A stretch of DNA of 64,000 nt from contig JAFWXZ010000070.1 in assembly GCA_017522795.1 (NCBI GenBank), positions 6,202-70,201 of the forward strand. Reading direction: 5' to 3'. The stretch comes from Clostridia bacterium. GTDB lineage: Bacteria > Bacillota > Clostridia > Oscillospirales > CAG-272. This document shows positions 29,156 to 38,407 of the stretch, one piece after another (position 1 is the stretch's first letter; each line of letters starts with the position of its first letter). The notes below the pieces were generated by a model. That model was not told where the DNA came from. It saw only the letters and a program-made list of their open reading frames with translations, and ran no database searches. Made by a program: the position numbers and the translations under genes.

Positions 29156-29171
29156 TTAAACTCGCGCAAGG

Positions 29172-29285
29172 CGCGAACTTCACTTGACTAATGTCAAACT
29201 TCACTTACCGAAGGTGAACTTCACTTTTGCGAAGCAAAAACTTCACCTTTTTGGGTGAGATATAGTTTGAAACGGTGAAGTTGCG
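29172..29285 (+). repeat. Array of five copies of AACTTCAC(T/C): four direct at 20-22 bp spacing, one inverted
   Basis: Direct copies start at 29176, 29197, 29217 and 29239. The inverted copy GGTGAAGTT is at 29274-29282. Small hairpins are interleaved. Confidence 0.9.
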
Positions 29286-29318
29286 TCGGCATAATTCAGA
29301 CACGAAGGAGTAATATTC

Positions 29319-29678
29319 ATGGACATTGTTAAATTTAAAACCATGCTTTCTGAAAAAGTTGTCGGATCAATGATGAGTTTTATGGAAGAATGCGGTGAAG
29401 ATGCGTATTTTACCGGAGAGGACGTGGCGAAGTGCGAAGCGATTCTCACTCACTATTTAGAATCTCTGGCAAAACTAACCAACCCTACGAATCAGGAGAT
29501 TATGGACTGTGTTCAAAAAACAGTTTTGGATCTGAATCAGTTAAATGAGGATACCGATTACTCCATGATAGAGACAGAAGAACGCGAAAATATCTGGGAG
29601 TTGATACAAACCAGCGCAGTGGAATGTGGTCTTCAGAATCCCGCAGATGACATCACAGAAGAGTGGCGTGAATGGTAA
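29319..29678 (+). CDS. Hypothetical small acidic protein (119 aa), codon-atypical
   Basis: Good RBS GAAGGAG 8 nt upstream of the ATG. No family recognised. AAA/GAA/TTA/CTA/TCA codons are used, unlike the neighbouring genes. Confidence 0.6.
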   Translation: MDIVKFKTMLSEKVVGSMMSFMEECGEDAYFTGEDVAKCEAILTHYLESLAKLTNPTNQEIMDCVQKTVLDLNQLNEDTDYSMIETEERENIWELIQTSAVECGLQNPADDITEEWREW

Positions 29679-29711
29679 TCTGACAAACACAGAATATTGG
29701 AGGATATATAA

Positions 29712-30365
29712 ATGGAACAATACAAGAGAGAATTTATACAGTTTTTAGAGGGAGCAGGCGTGCTCAAGTTCGGTGATTTCACTGCAAAGAGCGGCAGAAA
29801 GATCCCCTATTTCATCAACGCGGGCGAGATCAAGACAGGCGACCAGATCGCAAAGCTTGGCGAGTTCTATGCAAAGGCTTATCTCGAGAAGGTTGGCAAC
29901 AAGAAGTCGGTGCTTTACGGTCCCGCATACAAGGGTATTTCCATAGCCGTTTCCGCGGCTGTCGGTCTTTCCAAGCAGGGACTTGACCTCCCCTTCTTCT
30001 TCAACCGTAAGGAAGCCAAGGATCACGGCGAGGGCGGCGTTTTCGTAGGCTACAAGCCTCAGGCAGGCGAAGAGATCGTTATTGTTGAGGACGTTATCAC
30101 CGCAGGCACTGCAATCCGCGAGTCTATGGAGATCCTTTCCCCCCTTGATGCAAAGGTAATCGCTACCTTCGTTATGGTTGACCGTAAGGAAAAGGGCAAA
30201 GGCGAGAAGTCTGCTATGGCAGAGGTCGGTGAGGAGTTCGGCTTCCCGGTATACTCGGTAGTTGACGTATACGATATTATCGAGTATCTCTCGGAGGACG
30301 AGAAGAACGTTGAGAACGTAGAGAGAATTAAAAACTACCTTTCCGTTTGGGGTGCAACCAAATAA
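29712..30365 (+). CDS. pyrE: Orotate phosphoribosyltransferase
   Basis: PRPP-binding motif [17 protein letters not shown]. 217 aa, E. coli-type PyrE. Confidence 0.92.
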   Translation: MEQYKREFIQFLEGAGVLKFGDFTAKSGRKIPYFINAGEIKTGDQIAKLGEFYAKAYLEKVGNKKSVLYGPAYKGISIAVSAAVGLSKQGLDLPFFFNRKEAKDHGEGGVFVGYKPQAGEEIVIVEDVITAGTAIRESMEILSPLDAKVIATFVMVDRKEKGKGEKSAMAEVGEEFGFPVYSVVDVYDIIEYLSEDEKNVENVERIKNYLSVWGATK

Positions 30366-30390
30366 AATTTATTTAAAACAAGGAGTAGCT

Positions 30391-31449
30391 ATGAGAAACC
30401 TTGTAAACATACTTGATCTTTCGGTAGAGGAGATCGACGGACTTGTCCGTCTTGCCTCGGATATAATGAAAAATCCCCACGTCTATGCCGATAGCTGTAA
30501 GGGAAAGATCCTTGGTGCGCTATTTTTTGAGCCGTCGACGAGAACCCGCCTATCCTTTACCTCGGCTATGATGAGCCTTGGCGGTCAGGTGCTTGGCTTT
30601 GACCAGGCGGCATCCTCTTCGGTTGCAAAGGGAGAAACTGTGGCTGACACTATCAGAATGGTAAGCGCATATTCGGACATTATCGCTATGCGTCATCCTA
30701 AGGAGGGCGCGCCTATCGTGGCGTCAAGAGTTGCTACCGTTCCCATTATCAACGCGGGCGACGGCGGTCACTTCCACCCCACCCAGACGCTGACCGACCT
30801 GCTTACCATATATAAGAAAAAGGGCCGCTTTGATAACCTTGTTATCGGTGTCTGTGGCGACCTGAAGTATGGCAGAACGGTACATTCGCTTATCGCGGCT
30901 ATGTCGAGATATGATAACGTGCGATTTGTGCTTATCTCTCCCGAGGAGCTTGCGCTGCCCGATTACGTTAAGGACGATCACCTCTTTACAGGCGGCTGTG
31001 AGTATGTGGAGACCGAGAATCTTGAGAGCGCAATTCCTTCCCTTGATATTCTCTATATGACGAGAATTCAGGCAGAGCGCTTTGAAAACCGCGAGGATTA
31101 CGAGCGCCTGAAGGATGCCTACGAGCTTACCGCTGATAAGCTCATAATGGCAAAGGAGGATCTGTCTATTATGCATCCCCTCCCCCGTGTCACCGAGATA
31201 AACGTAAACGTGGACGACGATCCGAGAGCTCACTACTTTGATCAGGCGATGTACGGCAGATACATAAGAATGGCGCTTATCCTTATGCTCCTGGGTACCA
31301 AGGGTATTGACGATCGCCGACTTGAGGGCAAACCCCGCCGCGGTGCAGTATGCCAGAATCCCCATTGCATCACCCGCACCGAGCGCGGCATCAAAAAGCT
31401 CTTTGATGAGTACGGCAAGTGCGTATATTGTGATCAGTATCTCGAATAA
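30391..31449 (+). CDS. pyrB: Aspartate carbamoyltransferase catalytic chain with a C-terminal PyrI-type zinc-domain extension
   Basis: STRTR and HPTQ motifs and the LHPLPR-like motif MHPLPRV. About 45 extra C-terminal residues carry C-x4-C-x17-C-x2-C. I chose the ATG at 30391 (RBS AAGGAG) over the track start at 30352. Confidence 0.9.
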   Translation: MRNLVNILDLSVEEIDGLVRLASDIMKNPHVYADSCKGKILGALFFEPSTRTRLSFTSAMMSLGGQVLGFDQAASSSVAKGETVADTIRMVSAYSDIIAMRHPKEGAPIVASRVATVPIINAGDGGHFHPTQTLTDLLTIYKKKGRFDNLVIGVCGDLKYGRTVHSLIAAMSRYDNVRFVLISPEELALPDYVKDDHLFTGGCEYVETENLESAIPSLDILYMTRIQAERFENREDYERLKDAYELTADKLIMAKEDLSIMHPLPRVTEINVNVDDDPRAHYFDQAMYGRYIRMALILMLLGTKGIDDRRLEGKPRRGAVCQNPHCITRTERGIKKLFDEYGKCVYCDQYLE

Positions 31450-31466
31450 AATGCAGAATGCAGAAC

Positions 31467-31498
31467 AAAAAAGGAACGGCTTTGTCCGTTCCTTTTCT
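31467..31498. terminator. Bidirectional rho-independent terminator
   Basis: Stem GGAACGG / CCGTTCC flanked by an A-run and a T-run, between convergent pyrB and the SDR gene. Confidence 0.75.
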
Positions 31499-31518
31499 AC
31501 ATTTTAATATATTAAATA

Positions 31519-32364
31519 TTAAACTCCCGAATATGCAGCGAAGCCGCAGTCGATAGGAAGCACAACGCCTGTGATAGCGGATGCAGCCTTATCGTCGGTG
31601 AGGAAGAAGAGACCGCCGAGAAGCTCCTCGGAGTCTACGAAGCGTCCCATAGGAGTTCCGTTAAGGATCTTTGCGCTACGGGCTGTGGGAGTGCCGTCCT
31701 CGTTGAAGAGAAGAGCACGGTTCTGGTTGGAAACAAGGAAGCCGGGAGCAATTGCGTTGCAGCGGATGCCTGTTCCTGCAAAGTGGGTTGCAAGCCACTG
31801 GGTAAAGTTGGAGATACCTGCCTTTGCAGCAGAGTATGCGGGGATCTTAGTGAGAGGAATGTAAGCGTTCATAGAGGAAATGTTAAGAATATTTCCGCAC
31901 TTTCTCTCTACCATATCCTTTGCAAAGGTCTGGGTGGGAAGAAGAGTACCCTGGAAGTTGAGCTTGAATACGAAGTCAACACCGTTGGGATCGAGATCGA
32001 AGAAGGACTTGCCGCCCTCCTTAGCCTCGTGCTGATACTCGTTATCGGTGGTCGCTCTGGGGTTGTTGCCGCCTGCGCCGTTTACGAGAATGTCGCAAGG
32101 ACCGAGATCCTTGAGCACTGCCTGGTGTACCTCCTCAAGAGCCTGCGCGTCAAGCACATTTGCCTTGTAGCCAATGCAGGTAAAGCCTTCAGCGGTAAGC
32201 TCCTCAGCAAGCTTTTTTACAGCATCCTCGTTAAGGTCGAGAGCAGCCACCTTTGCGCCAGCCTGAGCGTAAGCACGAGCCATATCGCCGCAGAGAACGC
32301 CGCCTGCACCGGTGACAACTACTACCTTACCGGAAAAATCTACGTTAAGGGGAAGATTGATCAT
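31519..32364 (-). CDS. SDR family oxidoreductase, probable D-mannonate (fructuronate) oxidoreductase
   Basis: TGAGGVLCG cofactor motif and catalytic YSAAK. Lies immediately downstream of uxuA in the same operon. Confidence 0.75.
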   Translation of the reverse strand: MINLPLNVDFSGKVVVVTGAGGVLCGDMARAYAQAGAKVAALDLNEDAVKKLAEELTAEGFTCIGYKANVLDAQALEEVHQAVLKDLGPCDILVNGAGGNNPRATTDNEYQHEAKEGGKSFFDLDPNGVDFVFKLNFQGTLLPTQTFAKDMVERKCGNILNISSMNAYIPLTKIPAYSAAKAGISNFTQWLATHFAGTGIRCNAIAPGFLVSNQNRALLFNEDGTPTARSAKILNGTPMGRFVDSEELLGGLFFLTDDKAASAITGVVLPIDCGFAAYSGV

Positions 32365-32382
32365 TTTTATATGCCTCCAAAA

Positions 32383-33465
32383 TTATTTTTCATCAAGCTT
32401 TTCAAGCATATCCCATACGCCGAGCATATACATAATGCCGAGCGCGCGGTCGTACAGACCGTAGCCGGGACGCACGTTTCCGGGCTTCTCATCCCAGAGA
32501 TGTCTGCCGTGGTCGGGACGGATGTAGCCGTTATAGCCACAGTCGTGGTAAGCCTTGAGGATCTCAAGAATACCTGTGTCACCGTCGCAATCTCTGTGGC
32601 TCGCCTCGGAGAAGTCGCCATTGGGGAAGTGCTTTACGTTTCTGATATGAGCGAAAGCGATTCTGTCGCAGTGCTTTCTTACGATCTCCGCAACGTTGTT
32701 CTCAGGGTTAGCGTTAAGGCTACCAGAGCAGAGAGTAAGACAGTTGTAGGGATCGTCAACCATAGAGAGGAAGCGGTCGATGCTGGGACCGTCAACAAGA
32801 AGACGGGGCAGACCGAAGATATCCCATGGCGGATCGTCCATATGAATAGCCATCTTGATGTCGCACTCGCGGCAGGTGGGCATAATTGCCTCGAGGAAGT
32901 ACTTAAGGTTAGCCCAAAGCTTCTCGTGGTCAACGTCTGCGTAATCCTTGAAGAGCTGATCAAGCTTTGCCATTCTCTCGGGCTCCCAGCCGGGGAAGGA
33001 CATATTGTACTTCTCGGTGAAGTCGAGAATGTACTGAGCCATTGCGTTGTAGTCATCCTGGATCATACCCTTCTCGTAGAAGAGAGCGGTAGAGCCGTCG
33101 CCAACCTCGTGGAAGAGATCGGATCTCGTCCAGTCGAAGATGGGCATGAAGTTATAGCAGATTACCTTTACGCCGAACTTGGAAAGGTTGCGGATGCACT
33201 GCTTGTAGTTTTCAATATACTTATCTCTGGTGGGCAGACCGATCTTGATGTCGTCGTGAACGTTTACCGACTCAACAACGTCACCGTTAAAGCCGTGTGC
33301 GTGGAGCTGATCCATTACAGCGGCTATCTCCTCCTCGGTCCAGATCTCGCCGGGCATCTTGCCGTGAAGCGCCCAAACGATACCCTCAACACCGGGAATC
33401 TGCTTGATGTCAGACAGCTTGATACGGTCATTACCCTCGCCGTACCAACGGAATGTCATTTGCAT
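32383..33465 (-). CDS. uxuA: Mannonate dehydratase
   Basis: N-terminus MQMTFRWYGEGNDRIKLSDIKQIPGVEGIVWALH is typical UxuA. 360 aa. Confidence 0.93.
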   Translation of the reverse strand: MQMTFRWYGEGNDRIKLSDIKQIPGVEGIVWALHGKMPGEIWTEEEIAAVMDQLHAHGFNGDVVESVNVHDDIKIGLPTRDKYIENYKQCIRNLSKFGVKVICYNFMPIFDWTRSDLFHEVGDGSTALFYEKGMIQDDYNAMAQYILDFTEKYNMSFPGWEPERMAKLDQLFKDYADVDHEKLWANLKYFLEAIMPTCRECDIKMAIHMDDPPWDIFGLPRLLVDGPSIDRFLSMVDDPYNCLTLCSGSLNANPENNVAEIVRKHCDRIAFAHIRNVKHFPNGDFSEASHRDCDGDTGILEILKAYHDCGYNGYIRPDHGRHLWDEKPGNVRPGYGLYDRALGIMYMLGVWDMLEKLDEK

Positions 33466-33490
33466 AATTTTTTCTCCTTTTCGGATTTAA

Positions 33491-35755
33491 TTAGTTTTCC
33501 TTCTTGGGTTTAGGTGCCTTGATGCGATTAAGCTTCTTATTGAGATCGAGAAGCTCTTCTTTTGTGAACTCCTTGTTCATCATACCGCCCGCCATGGTGA
33601 GCAGACGAAGAACGGTAAAGCCGTTCATCATAGCCATCATATCGGGAGTCACCTCAAAGCCCATAGCCTTCGGCTTCTCACCCTTCTTCTTGTTGCCGCC
33701 GAGCATCTTGCCCATCAGCTTCATAAAGATCATCTTGCCGCGGAAGGTGGAGATAACCTGTCCCATTTTGGAGTTGAGCGAAAGGCGTCCCTCGATCTCG
33801 TTGATGTCGAACCAGTTAAGGATAGCGCCCTTCTCAACAAGGCGGTAAGCCTCGTTGAACTTCTCAACCTTATTGATAACGCTCTCGTCGGTGCATTCGC
33901 CCGCAACAGCCTTTAGGTTGGAGGTGCCAACGTTCTTAACGTTGAAGTAGAAGAAGTGATTGTCAGAGGTCTTCTTGCCAACAGACTCGCCGTTAACGAA
34001 GAGCTCAACCTCGGGAAGGTTGGAGTAAACGGTAACCTTGGTCACGTCCTCAACTCTGTCAACGTATCTCTTGGAGCAAAGGTGAACGAAGGGAGCCTCT
34101 GCAGGATCGCGGAGCCAAGCCTTGTAAGCGTAGAAGGAGTCCTTCTTGTACTTACGGTCCATGGTCATAAGACCCTTGTGGTTCTGTCCGTTCTCGCCGC
34201 CCTCTGCGCGTGCGTCAGCGCCAAAGTCGAACATATTCCATACGTGGGTAGCCCACATGTACTTTCTGGAGTAGAGCTGCTTGATAAGCTCCTCGTGGTA
34301 GTATGACTGATACTCCTCGGTGTAGTCGCCCTGACGGGGATCGGAGGTGTGCCAGTTAAGCGCCTCACAGCCGTACTCGGAGCAACCGATCGGAATAGAG
34401 GGATGCATAGCGTGGAACTTGTCGAACCAGGGGCCGTTCATAGATGTATCGCCACCGTACCAGCCGAAGTAGTGGTTGTAGGAAACCACGTCGGGAATCT
34501 GGAGGTAGGGATCGTCCATCTTGGTCATAGAAACTGCCGCCACGGTGGTGAGACGGGTTTTATCCATGCTGTGACAGATGTCGTTAAGTATGTTGTGGTT
34601 CTCGAGAAGATCAGGGGTAGAGCCGCTGATGGTGATCTCGTTAGAGAGGCCCCATACTACGATAGAGGGGTGGTTGTAGTTCTGAGAAACAAGCTCCTTC
34701 ATCTGAGTGATGGTGTTCTCGCGGCCTGTAGGCATATGCTTGGAGATATAGGGAATCTCCGCCCAGATAACCATACCGTACTCGTCGCAAAGATCGTAGA
34801 AGTACTGATCGTGCTGGTAGTGTGCAAGACGGATGGTGGTGCAGCCAACCTCAAAGATGTACTCCATATCCTCCTTGTGATGCTCGGGAAGAAGCGCATT
34901 ACCGAAGCCGAGTCTGTCCTGGTGACGGGATACACCGCGAAGGGGATATTCCTCGCCGTTAAGATAGAAGCCCTTTTCGGGATCAATCTTGAAGGTACGG
35001 CAGCCGAAGCGGGAGCATACGTTGTCCACGATCTCATCACCCTCAACGATCTCAGCCTCACAGCAGTAGAGGTAGGGGTCGCGGCGTCCGTGCCAGAGGT
35101 GAACGTCCTTGATCTCAAAGACTACGGTCTTGTCGGTGGTAACGATCTTCTGAAGCTCGTTTTCTTCTTTATCGTAAAGGGTGTAAGCAATCTGCTGTCC
35201 CTCTTTAAGCTCGTTTACGAAAACCTCAACCTCAACCTTGGCATCCTTGCCCTCAATATTGGGAGTGATCTTGATACCGGGCGCACCCCAGTAATCAAGG
35301 TCAAAGTGGTTGTCGGCAACAGTCACGATATAAACGTCACGGTACAGACCGCCGTAGAAGGTAAAGTCTGCCATCTGAGGATAAACGGTGTCGTTGGGCG
35401 CGTTGTCAACAACGATAGCCAGCGTGTTGTCACCCTCGTGAAGATGGGAGGTAAGATTTACTCTCCAGGTGGAATAACCGCCGTCGTGGTGAGCGAGATG
35501 CTCGCCGTTTAAGTACACGTCTGCGGAGGAGTTAGCGCCGCGGATCTCAAGGTAGTGATTGCCCTCGCCAAGCTCGTCCTTGTTGATATTCTTGGAATAA
35601 ACGCAGCTTCCGCGGAAGTAAAGACCGCCGTCATAACCATCCTCGTTATTCCAGGTATGGGGCAGGGTTACGGGAACCGCACCCTCGGTCACAGCGGGAT
35701 CAGTGCAGTCCTTAACGAACTGCCAACCCTCGTTGATCTTGAGTATTTTTCTCAT
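33491..35755 (-). CDS. Glycoside hydrolase family 2, probable beta-glucuronidase; no signal peptide
   Basis: Acid/base motif WGLSNE, nucleophile motif CSEYG, and N-x-K motif (GQNHKG) at the position of the GUS carboxylate-recognition motif. Genomic context with uxuA, SDR and a GPH symporter. Confidence 0.8.
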   Translation of the reverse strand: MRKILKINEGWQFVKDCTDPAVTEGAVPVTLPHTWNNEDGYDGGLYFRGSCVYSKNINKDELGEGNHYLEIRGANSSADVYLNGEHLAHHDGGYSTWRVNLTSHLHEGDNTLAIVVDNAPNDTVYPQMADFTFYGGLYRDVYIVTVADNHFDLDYWGAPGIKITPNIEGKDAKVEVEVFVNELKEGQQIAYTLYDKEENELQKIVTTDKTVVFEIKDVHLWHGRRDPYLYCCEAEIVEGDEIVDNVCSRFGCRTFKIDPEKGFYLNGEEYPLRGVSRHQDRLGFGNALLPEHHKEDMEYIFEVGCTTIRLAHYQHDQYFYDLCDEYGMVIWAEIPYISKHMPTGRENTITQMKELVSQNYNHPSIVVWGLSNEITISGSTPDLLENHNILNDICHSMDKTRLTTVAAVSMTKMDDPYLQIPDVVSYNHYFGWYGGDTSMNGPWFDKFHAMHPSIPIGCSEYGCEALNWHTSDPRQGDYTEEYQSYYHEELIKQLYSRKYMWATHVWNMFDFGADARAEGGENGQNHKGLMTMDRKYKKDSFYAYKAWLRDPAEAPFVHLCSKRYVDRVEDVTKVTVYSNLPEVELFVNGESVGKKTSDNHFFYFNVKNVGTSNLKAVAGECTDESVINKVEKFNEAYRLVEKGAILNWFDINEIEGRLSLNSKMGQVISTFRGKMIFMKLMGKMLGGNKKKGEKPKAMGFEVTPDMMAMMNGFTVLRLLTMAGGMMNKEFTKEELLDLNKKLNRIKAPKPKKEN

Positions 35756-35862
35756 AATATGCTCCTTTATGATTTTACTTTTATATATTCGCCATCTTTA
35801 ATTATAACAAACTTATATAAGTAAAATCAATAATATAAGATAAAAAATATGTTAATTAATTT

Positions 35863-35910
35863 AAAAAGCGCAGCGCCCGACGGTGTTTTTTGTCGGACGC
35901 CGCGAAAAAA
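35863..35910 (-). terminator. Rho-independent terminator after the symporter gene
   Basis: On the minus strand: GCGGCGTCCGAC ... GTCGGGCGCTGC stem (two non-Watson-Crick pairs) followed by a T-run. Confidence 0.55.
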
Positions 35911-35941
35911 TCACTCGTCTGAGATTAAATTTTATAGTTAA

Positions 35942-37558
35942 TTATGCTTCCTCAGCAACCTCTGCGGGAGCCTCTGCAGCGTGGCGTGCAGCAAGATCTT
36001 CCTTCATTGTAGCAAGAGTCTTCTTGTCAATGTTGTAGATAACAGCAACGCCTACGAACTGGCATACCGCACTGAGAGTATAGAGACCTGCAACGAGCCA
36101 GCAAAGATTTGCTGCTGTTTCTGCGGACTGACCGATAGTACCGAGAGCAGAGTCATAACCGATGAGGGAAGTACCCATAATAGCGATAACTGCTGCGGGG
36201 CCAACACCCTGAGCCAGCTTTCTGAAGAAGGAGTGAAGAGCGTAAACAACGCTTTCCTCTCTCTTACCGAACTTCCACTCCTGGTAGTCGATAGCATCAC
36301 CCATCATAGCCCAGGATACGCAGTTATAGAAGCCCATGCCGAGACCGAAGAAGATAAGGCCTACCATGTAAACTATAAGCTGGATGCCCTTGGGGCAGAG
36401 GGGGAAGATAAGAAGGATAGCACTGCCGATAAGGCCTGCGATAGAACCGATAGAAGCAACCTCTTTCTTACCGTACTTCTTTACGAGCTTTGTAGCAAAG
36501 GGCATAAAGATGAACATAGGAAGGAAGCCTATCATCATTACAAGACCGGAAAGGGAAGCCTGACCGAAGTGAGTTGCGAACATGATGGTGTTAGCGGTAG
36601 AAGCAGACTGCATACCAAGGAACATACCCATAGCAGCGATAGTACAACCAACCGCGGGACGGTTCTTCATAAAGGTACCAAGAGACTTGATAAGGTTAAC
36701 CTTTTCGCCACTCTCCTGGTTGAGCTGTGCATACTCATTGCCACGGATGGTGATGTTCTTGATCATAAGCATGAAGAATACGAAGCCGATAACGCCCATG
36801 ATGAGAGCTGCCCAGAATACCATGCCGCCCTCGAGAACTTCGATCTGACCGCCGGTAAGGGGGCTAAGTACTGCATCACCGGGCTTGTAAGCCTCGCCGG
36901 TAAGGGGATTCTTGAGGAAGTTTTCAATAGCAAACTTATCTTCTGCACCCTCGGGAATCTCGATTCTGTCAAGGAACCAACCGGGGTTCTTGGGATCGAA
37001 TGTAACCTTATTCCAGATAAGCATGGGAAGGATAACACCGGGAAGCATACCGCCAACTGCGCCGCCGATGGATCTGAATACGGAGAGAGAAGCTCTTTCC
37101 TGATCGTCCTCGGTAACGATGTTAAGCATGGTGCCGTAAGGAACGTTTGCCATTGTGTAAGCCGCATCCCATACAACGTATCCAAGGATGAAGAGAACAG
37201 CCTTGATTACCTCGGGAGCCTTGGGGAAGGGAAGGAATACTGCTGCGCCACCTACGAGGAGACCGATAGCACCGATAAAGATGTATGTCTTATACTTACC
37301 CATTTTATACTTTCTCTTGTCATTGTCGATAAGAGAACCGATGATGGGGTCATTAATTGCATCCCACGCCTGAACGATAAGAAGAAGGAGTGAGAAGAGG
37401 CCTGTTTCCATCATCATGTAAACGAGCCAGAAGGTCTGAACTGTTCCCTTGAGGGAGAAGCTCATGTTACAGCCAAGGTCGCCTGCAGCATACGCGAGCT
37501 TATCGCGGATACCGAACTTACGATGGCCGTTTGCGTCAAGTTGAACTTGCTTTGCCAT
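35942..37558 (-). CDS. Glycoside-pentoside-hexuronide (GPH) family cation symporter, probable glucuronide transporter
   Basis: 12-TM MFS-like protein of 538 aa. GPH-type N-terminus (KLAYAAGDLGCNMSF) with a long central loop. Confidence 0.82.
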   Translation of the reverse strand: MAKQVQLDANGHRKFGIRDKLAYAAGDLGCNMSFSLKGTVQTFWLVYMMMETGLFSLLLLIVQAWDAINDPIIGSLIDNDKRKYKMGKYKTYIFIGAIGLLVGGAAVFLPFPKAPEVIKAVLFILGYVVWDAAYTMANVPYGTMLNIVTEDDQERASLSVFRSIGGAVGGMLPGVILPMLIWNKVTFDPKNPGWFLDRIEIPEGAEDKFAIENFLKNPLTGEAYKPGDAVLSPLTGGQIEVLEGGMVFWAALIMGVIGFVFFMLMIKNITIRGNEYAQLNQESGEKVNLIKSLGTFMKNRPAVGCTIAAMGMFLGMQSASTANTIMFATHFGQASLSGLVMMIGFLPMFIFMPFATKLVKKYGKKEVASIGSIAGLIGSAILLIFPLCPKGIQLIVYMVGLIFFGLGMGFYNCVSWAMMGDAIDYQEWKFGKREESVVYALHSFFRKLAQGVGPAAVIAIMGTSLIGYDSALGTIGQSAETAANLCWLVAGLYTLSAVCQFVGVAVIYNIDKKTLATMKEDLAARHAAEAPAEVAEEA

Positions 37559-37612
37559 TTTTTGTTTCCTCCAAAAATATTTATTTATATTTGCGCAACA
37601 TTATTATAACAA

Positions 37613-37642
37613 ATCCTTTACATATTTAGCAAGCCCCAAAAG
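37613..37642 (-). promoter_or_regulatory. Sigma-A type promoter for the symporter-GUS-uxuA operon
   Basis: On the minus strand: TTGCTA, 18-nt spacer, TGtTATAAT. Confidence 0.5.
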
Positions 37643-37748
37643 TGCCACTTGTGTGACACCCCTACACAAAAAAAGCGAAGCGAATTTAGTCATAATATAT
37701 AGATTGTGAATGATATTCAGTCAAAAATGGTAAAAAATTGAAAAACAC

Positions 37749-37777
37749 TTGACTATTTTTTGTAAATAAATTATAAT
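37749..37777 (+). promoter_or_regulatory. Sigma-A promoter for the TetR gene
   Basis: TTGACT, 17-nt spacer, TATAAT. Confidence 0.65.
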
Positions 37778-37807
37778 AAAATAAAGTATGATTTAATCGG
37801 AGGAAGT

Positions 37808-38398
37808 ATGTACAAGCTTTGTAAGACCGAGGAATCAAGCAAAAGACAAAGAGATATCGAAAACGTTCTTCTTCAGCTGATGAGGGAAAAGCGGTATGAC
37901 GATATATCGGTCAGCGAGATATGCGAGAGGGCGAATATGCCGAGAAAGTCCTTTTACAGATACTTTGACGGCAAGGATGGAGCTATGCAGTCGCTTCTCT
38001 ATCATAACATTACCGATTTCCACGCTTTTTCTATGGGAAGCGACAAGAAGGAAAAGCGAACTCTCAGCGGAGAATTTGAGGAGTTTTTCCTCTTCTGGAA
38101 GGAAAAGCGTGATTTTCTCGAGGCGTTTGACAAGAGCAAGCTTATCGGACTTTTAGTTGAGCATTCCACAAGCTACGCTATGAGCGAGTTTATCAACATT
38201 AGGAAGTTCTTACCTGAGGGCGACGACAGAGAGAAGGTTCACGTCTTTCAGTTTACCATTTGCGGTCTTATGACGCTTACTGTTGATTGGTACCGATCGG
38301 GCTATGCCGAGAGTGTTCCCGAAATTGCAAGAACTGCCGCAAGACTTATCAGCAAGCCTCTGTTCCCGGACCTTGATAAAATGGGAATTCAGACCTAA
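37808..38398 (+). CDS. TetR/AcrR family transcriptional regulator
   Basis: N-terminal HTH ISVSEICERANMPRKSFYRYFDGKDG. Divergent from the glucuronide operon. Confidence 0.88.
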   Translation: MYKLCKTEESSKRQRDIENVLLQLMREKRYDDISVSEICERANMPRKSFYRYFDGKDGAMQSLLYHNITDFHAFSMGSDKKEKRTLSGEFEEFFLFWKEKRDFLEAFDKSKLIGLLVEHSTSYAMSEFINIRKFLPEGDDREKVHVFQFTICGLMTLTVDWYRSGYAESVPEIARTAARLISKPLFPDLDKMGIQT

Positions 38399-38407
38399 AA
38401 TGTAAAT

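Noticed and set aside
31783-37393. Plus-strand ORFs 31783-33513 (576 aa), 34349-35512 (387 aa) and 35981-37393 (470 aa)
   Set aside because: Each lies antisense to clearly recognisable minus-strand genes (SDR plus uxuA, GH2, GPH symporter). The first spans two genes and their intergenic gap, which no real gene opposite an operon would be expected to do.
37655-37675. TetR operator palindrome (GTGTGACAC within CCACTTGTGTGACACCCC)
   Set aside because: There is only a 4+4 bp inverted repeat, too short to distinguish from chance. It is noted as a place to look but not called as a feature.
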